From positions 1 through 35,061 of the IMG/VR virus record IMGVR_UViG_3300029188_000076: 35,061 nt of DNA, one strand, 5' to 3'. The notes beneath the pieces are model-generated. The model was given only the letters and a program-made list of their open reading frames with translations, had not been told where the DNA came from and did no database searches. The DNA is from a virus. Positions 29,069-35,061 of this stretch are shown piece after piece (the stretch's first letter is position 1; each line of letters opens with the position of its first letter). The position numbers were made by a program, and so were the translations under genes.

Positions 29069-32000
29069 ATGGGTTATTTTGATGAATTTCAGCGCGCTGG
29101 CGGTAATACTGGCGGTGAAAGATATTTTGATGAATTCAAGAATCAGCCGCCGCAGGATTCGTCTTTGCTTGATAAGGCCAAAGGCTTTTTAAATAGCATA
29201 GATGAATCCTATGAAGAAGGGCGTGCGGCACGCAAAGCACAATGGGAGAAGACGAAAGCCAATGTGCTGAACACTCTTTCTGACTACGCGGCTAATGCCG
29301 GCAAAGCCATAGAAAATTATGGCAATGAAATTACAGCGGCCGGAGAGCGTGCTTTTGCGGCATATAAAAACGGGGAATCAATCAATATGGAAGACCCGAC
29401 ACAAGGCTTTGAGGGCGAAAATTATAACCGGGCGAAAATGAATGTCTACAATGAACTGGTAGGCAAACCTGCCGGATACGCCGCCATCACACCCGGTATG
29501 CCCGGCATTGTCCGCATGGCAGGCGGTGCTTTAGCTGTCCCGACTCTTGTCGATTCTACGATGCAGACTTATGACCAGAACATTGCAAACGATGATGGCA
29601 CGCCTGTTATCAGCACGGCAAAAGGGGCTCTTTTGGATCCGGTCATTAATCCCGTTAAAGAGGCGGTTACTAATCCCGGAGAATATGTACAGAGCCTTGT
29701 TGATAATCCGCTTGAAGCGTGGGATAAAGTATTCTTGCCGGGGGCTATTATTCACGGAGCGGCCAAAGGCATAAAAAAAGCAACGCCTAAAAGTATCAGC
29801 GAGCCTATCCGCGAACATATAACGGAACCGTTTAATGAACATGTTATTGATCCGGTAAAGAACGGCCTTGCTAATGCGAAAGGTCGTTTTTTTGATTCTT
29901 TTAAACGTGGCGGAGAAACAGGTTTTGACGATTTAGTCCGTGATACAGAGATGGGTACACAGGCACTTAAAGAAACAAACCTGCCGCCTGAATACGGTGA
30001 AACGGGAGATATAAAAACAGATGTTTATAACCGTCTCCGTCAGAATGGATTTACCGATTCCGAAGCGGCAGGGATTACCGGAAATATTGCGCAGGAATCC
30101 ATGTTTGATACAGAAGCGCTTTCAAAAGATGGATATAATTCCCACGGGCTGGTGCAGTGGACAGGCGATAGAAAGGCACATTTAGAGCAATTTGCCCGGG
30201 AAAACGGACTGGATCCCAAAGATTGGCGTACACAGGTAGATTTTATCTCCGAAGAGATGAATACTACAGAACGGGCGGCTTTTGAAGCACTCCGCAAAAA
30301 TCCGAATATCACTCCGGAAGAAGCGGCGCATATTGTCCGCGAACAGTATGAACGTCCGGATCCGGCAGTGGCCAATGACGCATACCGCCAGCAGGTGGCC
30401 AGAGAAGTCTATGATGGCCGCAGTGTCCGTCCGATGCAGCGTCCCATGCAGAACGGGCTCAATGATTTTGCGGAAGATGTGAAACAAGCCGCGCCGGAAG
30501 AAGCAAATTTAAATTTCATGAAGGATCCGGTGAAAGATATTACTCCGGAAGAATTATCCGATCATATCAAAAATGGAACTATTCCTAAGGAAGTATTCCG
30601 TACATATGACGAAACGGAATATAGCGCATTCAAAGATTTACCGGAAAAACAGAAGTTTGAATATGCACGTCAGGAAACGCTTAAACTTGCTGACGGAATA
30701 GACGATCCGATGGGAGAAAAAGTAAGAGTTATTTTTGACAAAGAAAACAAAAATGCAGTAGATGACGCAGTTAAAGCTTTTACTTCCGGACATGGCGAGA
30801 ATATGTCTATTTCTGACAGCCGGGCATTTGCAACCGGGTTGATAAAAGATACTGTTCAAAATCCGGATTTTATTCTTAAGCAAAAGAACGGAAGAAAACT
30901 CTATGTGAATCTATGGCGCGGGAAAGATAATTTGTTACATCAAATAGCGGTCAGCATGGATAAAACCGATAAAGGGAAAATTATCTCTTCAAGTACGGCT
31001 ATGGATAAGCCAAGACATCGCAACAATGCTATTAATCAGCTTTCAAGGGATATAAAAAACGCCGACGAATTAATTTACGTCGGCGAAAATATTCGAGGTC
31101 GTCAGTCAGGGTATCCTCTGCAACCCTCCAGTGATAGGGGTTCAACGCCGGATACCCAGCTCCACCCATCTGGCAACTCTATTGTAGCAGAAGAAGTAGG
31201 AAAAGTAAAATTGCCGGGTGATGAACGATCATTTATGGCAAGACCGCTTGAGGAGGCGGCCGGTAATGACTTGACCACATGGCAGGGAGAGACGATTTCA
31301 CGCAAACAAATTCTTGATGATGTAAATAGTATTTTCGGCGCTACTATCAAGAAGGGGCGTGTCGGCAAGAAGGGCACTAACGGCTGGTATAACCCTAAAA
31401 CGGACATTATACGAACAAGAACATTCGGGGATCCTCGAACTGTTATGCATGAACTTGGCCACTATGTGGATGCAAGGTTTAAATTCAGCAATCGTCCCGG
31501 TTTTGATACGGAATTTTCTAATGTTATCCATAAACGTTTCGGAAATGCCTACAATAAGGGCGGTATAAAAACCATCCGAAAGGAAGGGATTGCTGAATTT
31601 TTCCATGATTACGTCACAAGCAGAAAGAAAGCAGCTGCTGAATTCCCGACGTTTTACAAAGAATTTAAGCAGATACTGGAAGGTGATAAAGAACTGCATG
31701 CGGCAGTAGATAAATTGTCTTATGTCGGTCATCAGTGGTATGCGCAGCCGGTCTGGGAACAGATGAAAGGGTCTGTTTCTTTTGGCGGTAAAGAAAATCT
31801 GCTGCAGAAAACGATAAAATTCTTCAAGGATTCTAAGGAAGTCGCGCGGAAAGTTTATCATGAACCGTATACTACACTGGTGGATGAGCTTCATCCGTTA
31901 GAAGAACTTATCATTGAAGTGGAAAAACGCGCAGGAAGAAAGTTAAGAGTAGAAGAAAACGCATTTAAGCAGGCGTGGCTTGCGCGCGGATGGGCAGGCA

Positions 32001-34222
32001 AAGCAGAAGCACTTCTGCAGAATGGTTCGCCCAAGCATAAAATACCTGCTTTTAAGGATATTATCCGAAAAATCCCGGATAATCAGCTGAAAGATTTTTC
32101 TACATATCTGACCGCATTACGCGAATTGGATATGAACCACTGGAATACATTCTTACCGCGAGATGAAACACCACTGATTACGAGATTTACAAAATCAGAA
32201 TGTTTTGACGTCATCAAGCATTATGAGAGGAATCCTGTTTTTGCGAAAGCTGCTGCGGAAATCCACAGATATAATGATTTCCTGCTTGCAAATGCTGTAG
32301 ATGCCGGTATGTTATCGGTAAAGGCCGCAATGGCTATGAAGAATAAATATCCGCATTATGTACCTTTCTTCCGTGAATTTTATGAAGCTGCAGAAGCACA
32401 AAGAAATGGAACAGGAAAAGGATTTGCCAATGTGGGGGCTGTCACAAAGAAAATGCGCGGCAGCACTTTGGACGTGGTAGACCCATTGGAAGGAATAATC
32501 CGGAATACTTTCTCAATAATGAGCGCCATCGAACGGAATAAAGTCGGGCAGTCTATTGTAAAACTGGCGAATGTCGACGGTATGGGAGCATTGATTGAAA
32601 AAGTGTCCGGTGCTGCAAAAGTAACGGATCATAGTTTCAGCGTTTGGGAAAACGGAAAGAAAGTCGTTTACAACACAACGCCTGAGTTGTATCAGGCATT
32701 TAAAATGCTGAACCCAGAAGGCGCGAACATGTTTACAAAGCTTCTTTCTTATCCGGCAAAATGGCTCCGTGCCGGGGCGACGCTGGGGCCGGAATTTATT
32801 CTGCGTAACCCCGTACGCGACATGATTTCCGCTACGATCTACTCTAAGCACGGATTTATCCCGGTGGTGGATACCCTTAAAGGGTTAGGGCTGTATCTGC
32901 AGAAAGGTGAAACTTACTGGGAATACATGCGATCAGGCGCGGCACAGGCTAATCTTGTTTCTCTTGATAGGAATTACCTTTCCGGACAGATGAGAGACTT
33001 GTTGCAGCGGCCAAGCGTCAAAAAGATGGTAACCACAAATCCTATTGAAATACTGCGCGGACTGTCCGAAGCCACAGAAATGGCTACACGCTTGGCGGAA
33101 TTTCATAATGTCCGGAAAGGGTATACAGGTATCGGAAATCGGCTGTTCAGCAGAAAGCGAAATCCGGGCAGTATTCAAGAAGCGGCGCTTGAAAGTCGTG
33201 ATGTGACGCTGGACTTTTCACGAATAGGTTCTCATACAAAATCACTGAATAAGACGATTGCATTTTTCAATGCAGCCATTCAGGGGACGGATAAGATGTT
33301 CCGCGAATGGAAAGCTAATCCACTGGATATGACGGTAAAAACGGCTATGTGGATTACCTTGCCGTCAGTCCTGCTCTGGGAACTCAACAAGGACGATCCA
33401 CGGTATCAGGAGTTACCACAATGGCAGAAAGATATTTTCTGGATTATCCCTACGAAAGACATTCTGATTAAAATTCCCAAACCCTTTGAACTGGGAATTC
33501 TTTTTGGAACGGTACCGGAACGCATGCTGCAGTGGGATTATGACAAAAAAAGGAAACAAAAGGGAGCGGGATTCAAAGGCCTTGCCGGCTCTGTACTTGA
33601 TTCTATGGCTCCATCATTCCTGCCGACTGCATTAGTGCCGGCTATTGAAGCAATGACCAATCATTCCATCTTTATGGGGCGCGATATCGTACCGCAAAGC
33701 CAGCAGAATACAATCCCTGAACTGCAGTATGGCCCTTACACATCGGCAGTCGGCAGAAAGATTGGCGAAACGTTCGGTATTTCTCCCCGCAAGGTAGATA
33801 ATACCATTCGCGGATACGGCGGCAGCCTTGCCGGGCTGGGGTTGACGTTTACAGACGGAATGGTCGGACTGGATGAAACACGTCCGGCAAAGAGATGGAC
33901 GGAACAGCCGGGGATTCGTGGATTTACTGCCACACCTTATTCCAGCAGTGAAAGCGTGCAGGAAGTTTATGATGCATATGATAGGCAGTTGAAACTGTTC
34001 AATGCAGGACGGGAACTGCATAAGCAGATGGACGGATTCGATCCGCGAGAGTTTGAACAGATGAAGAATGCAGTGAAAGCTTTTCAGAATATTAATCAAG
34101 CAAAAAAGGCAGTCATGAAAAGTAATTTATCCAGTGAAGCTAAACGAAAGAGGCTGGATGAAATACAAATGTCGCAAGTCCGAATTGCAAGAAAAGCATT
34201 AGGAAAGGAGAGTATTAAATAA
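29069..34222 (+). CDS. Polyvalent virion protein (1717 aa): lysozyme-like murein hydrolase domain, HExxH metallopeptidase-like motif, large conserved C-terminal region
   Basis: The lysozyme-like domain (about nt 30020-30365) reads GFTDSEAAGITGNIAQESMFDTEALSKDGYNSHGLVQWTGDRK...EQYERP. HELGH is at nt 31448-31462. About 770 aa of C-terminal region (nt 31900-34222) has unknown function. Confidence 0.75.
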   Translation: MGYFDEFQRAGGNTGGERYFDEFKNQPPQDSSLLDKAKGFLNSIDESYEEGRAARKAQWEKTKANVLNTLSDYAANAGKAIENYGNEITAAGERAFAAYKNGESINMEDPTQGFEGENYNRAKMNVYNELVGKPAGYAAITPGMPGIVRMAGGALAVPTLVDSTMQTYDQNIANDDGTPVISTAKGALLDPVINPVKEAVTNPGEYVQSLVDNPLEAWDKVFLPGAIIHGAAKGIKKATPKSISEPIREHITEPFNEHVIDPVKNGLANAKGRFFDSFKRGGETGFDDLVRDTEMGTQALKETNLPPEYGETGDIKTDVYNRLRQNGFTDSEAAGITGNIAQESMFDTEALSKDGYNSHGLVQWTGDRKAHLEQFARENGLDPKDWRTQVDFISEEMNTTERAAFEALRKNPNITPEEAAHIVREQYERPDPAVANDAYRQQVAREVYDGRSVRPMQRPMQNGLNDFAEDVKQAAPEEANLNFMKDPVKDITPEELSDHIKNGTIPKEVFRTYDETEYSAFKDLPEKQKFEYARQETLKLADGIDDPMGEKVRVIFDKENKNAVDDAVKAFTSGHGENMSISDSRAFATGLIKDTVQNPDFILKQKNGRKLYVNLWRGKDNLLHQIAVSMDKTDKGKIISSSTAMDKPRHRNNAINQLSRDIKNADELIYVGENIRGRQSGYPLQPSSDRGSTPDTQLHPSGNSIVAEEVGKVKLPGDERSFMARPLEEAAGNDLTTWQGETISRKQILDDVNSIFGATIKKGRVGKKGTNGWYNPKTDIIRTRTFGDPRTVMHELGHYVDARFKFSNRPGFDTEFSNVIHKRFGNAYNKGGIKTIRKEGIAEFFHDYVTSRKKAAAEFPTFYKEFKQILEGDKELHAAVDKLSYVGHQWYAQPVWEQMKGSVSFGGKENLLQKTIKFFKDSKEVARKVYHEPYTTLVDELHPLEELIIEVEKRAGRKLRVEENAFKQAWLARGWAGKAEALLQNGSPKHKIPAFKDIIRKIPDNQLKDFSTYLTALRELDMNHWNTFLPRDETPLITRFTKSECFDVIKHYERNPVFAKAAAEIHRYNDFLLANAVDAGMLSVKAAMAMKNKYPHYVPFFREFYEAAEAQRNGTGKGFANVGAVTKKMRGSTLDVVDPLEGIIRNTFSIMSAIERNKVGQSIVKLANVDGMGALIEKVSGAAKVTDHSFSVWENGKKVVYNTTPELYQAFKMLNPEGANMFTKLLSYPAKWLRAGATLGPEFILRNPVRDMISATIYSKHGFIPVVDTLKGLGLYLQKGETYWEYMRSGAAQANLVSLDRNYLSGQMRDLLQRPSVKKMVTTNPIEILRGLSEATEMATRLAEFHNVRKGYTGIGNRLFSRKRNPGSIQEAALESRDVTLDFSRIGSHTKSLNKTIAFFNAAIQGTDKMFREWKANPLDMTVKTAMWITLPSVLLWELNKDDPRYQELPQWQKDIFWIIPTKDILIKIPKPFELGILFGTVPERMLQWDYDKKRKQKGAGFKGLAGSVLDSMAPSFLPTALVPAIEAMTNHSIFMGRDIVPQSQQNTIPELQYGPYTSAVGRKIGETFGISPRKVDNTIRGYGGSLAGLGLTFTDGMVGLDETRPAKRWTEQPGIRGFTATPYSSSESVQEVYDAYDRQLKLFNAGRELHKQMDGFDPREFEQMKNAVKAFQNINQAKKAVMKSNLSSEAKRKRLDEIQMSQVRIARKALGKESIK

Positions 34223-34546
34223 TTGGAACAGGAACTTTTTCATGCACTGCTTCCGATCGCAAGCAACATTGTATATGTGGCACTTTCAATGGCTGTAGGC
34301 TTTCTTTGGAATAAAGCTAAAGGCCTGCAAGAAAATAGGGAAAAGACAGAGGACGGCGTCAGAGCGCTTCTCAAGGATAGGCTTATCAGTATTCATGCCT
34401 GTGCCGTAAAGCGAAATGCCATCACATATACAGAATTGGAACGAGCGTCTACTATGTATGAGGCTTATCACGGTTTAGGCGGCAACGGTACAGGGACAGC
34501 GATTATGGAAGAACTTAGACGCCTTCATATTCAAAAGGACAATTAA
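34223..34546 (+). CDS. Putative holin / lysis membrane protein (single N-terminal TM, TTG start)
   Basis: The TM is LLPIASNIVYVALSMAVGFLW, followed by a charged helical domain. RBS is aaaggagag. It is the first gene of the lysis cassette. Confidence 0.4.
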   Translation: MEQELFHALLPIASNIVYVALSMAVGFLWNKAKGLQENREKTEDGVRALLKDRLISIHACAVKRNAITYTELERASTMYEAYHGLGGNGTGTAIMEELRRLHIQKDN

Positions 34547-34548
34547 TC

Positions 34549-34875
34549 ATGATGGATAAAATTAAAGGACTATGGACGCGATATGTTCCGCGTATTTCAA
34601 GACGTGCGAACACATCTTTAAAAGTGGTTTATCTTTACGGAGCCGGACTTCTGATTCTGTTTTTTATGGTAATCGCGGCATGGATACATGATTTTTACCG
34701 AACAGGCACAGCTAATACGGCACAGTTGATTACATTTTTCAAAGAGTATGCAGCTCCGGCAGTAGTCGGGGCTGTTACTTTTATATCAGTTTTTTCAGTG
34801 AATAAAAATCGGAATGGTGATTCCGACGCAGCGGAGAAAGGAGCGGCAAACAATGAAGGGAATAGACGTATCTGA
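34549..34875 (+). CDS. Putative holin (two TM helices)
   Basis: The TM helices are VVYLYGAGLLILFFMVIAAWI and AAPAVVGAVTFISVFSV, followed by a charged C-terminus. It overlaps the endolysin start by 23 nt. Confidence 0.55.
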   Translation: MMDKIKGLWTRYVPRISRRANTSLKVVYLYGAGLLILFFMVIAAWIHDFYRTGTANTAQLITFFKEYAAPAVVGAVTFISVFSVNKNRNGDSDAAEKGAANNEGNRRI

Positions 34876-35061
34876 AAATAATGGAGTGGTAGACTGGGGC
34901 GCTGTAAAAGCGGCAGGTTTTGAATTTGCCATCATCCGCATCGGCTATGGTAAAGGACACTTAGACAGCCAGTTTTACGATAATGTGAATGGCGCTTTAA
35001 AAGCAGGGCTGAAAATCGGCATTTATCATTATTCTTATGCATTATCTGACGATGTGGCAGG
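34853..35061 (+). CDS. GH25 muramidase endolysin, 5' portion (continues at base 100 of the window after collapsing the overlap)
   Basis: MKGIDVSENNGVVDWGAVKAAGFEFAIIRIGYG is the canonical GH25 N-terminus. The frame runs off the window end. Confidence 0.9.
   Translation, partial: MKGIDVSENNGVVDWGAVKAAGFEFAIIRIGYGKGHLDSQFYDNVNGALKAGLKIGIYHYSYALSDDVA
34963..35061. repeat. Terminal direct repeat copy 2 (identical to 1..99)
   Basis: Exact 99-nt identity with the window start. Confidence 0.95.

Larger units (their letters stand above)
1..35061. mobile_element. Complete temperate phage/prophage genome (about 34,962 bp unit plus 99-bp terminal overlap), P22-like morphogenesis gene order
   Basis: The window holds integrase, S24 repressor/Cro switch, replication, terminase, portal, capsid, tail fibre, ejection-protein and lysis modules. 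The first and last 99 bases are identical. Confidence 0.9.

Noticed and set aside
31298-31894. 198-aa minus-strand ORF inside the 1717-aa gene
   Set aside because: It is antisense to a continuous 5.1-kb frame that contains recognisable domains. It has no RBS, and its Phe/Ile/Arg-rich composition is typical of antisense frames.

Overview
The window is one complete temperate phage or prophage genome. Bases 1-99 are identical to bases 34963-35061, so the sequence closes into a unit of about 34,962 bp, and a GH25 endolysin gene spans the junction. Gene order on the + strand after the junction: four small accessory (moron) genes, a candidate attP, then a minus-strand lysogeny block. That block holds a tyrosine integrase, a DinD homologue, a repressor-gene remnant, a 55-aa ORF, a 420-aa membrane/coiled-coil/Mrr-type nuclease and an S24 LexA/CI-like repressor. 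A divergent immunity switch with a consensus promoter and repeated operators follows. Next come Cro-like and HTH genes, tiny early ORFs, and a recombination/replication module (DUF1351-like, Sak4-like ATPase, SSB, replisome organiser with internal iterons, DnaC-like loader, RusA). A truncated C5-methyltransferase remnant and a sigma-like late regulator precede a P22-like morphogenesis block: terS, terL, portal, scaffold, N4-gp56-type capsid, connectors, a gp10-sized hub, a tail fibre, then three large ejection-type proteins, the last a 1717-aa polyvalent protein. Two holin-like genes and the endolysin close the circle. No tRNA, rRNA, CRISPR array or transposase was seen. The best candidate for a novel system is the AT-rich cassette (4642-6260) directly downstream of the repressor, in the same position as lambda rexAB downstream of cI. 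It encodes a two-TM, long coiled-coil, PD-(D/E)xK (Mrr-cat) nuclease plus a 55-aa ORF, and is bounded by an intact and a decayed copy of the repressor 3' end. Other notable points are an L27/Prp-type cleavage leader and a Hint domain on an ejection protein, a dual-frame ORF pair after the lysin, a possible structured ncRNA next to int, and promoter-then-terminator leaders. All functional calls come from reading the translations by eye, with no database search run.
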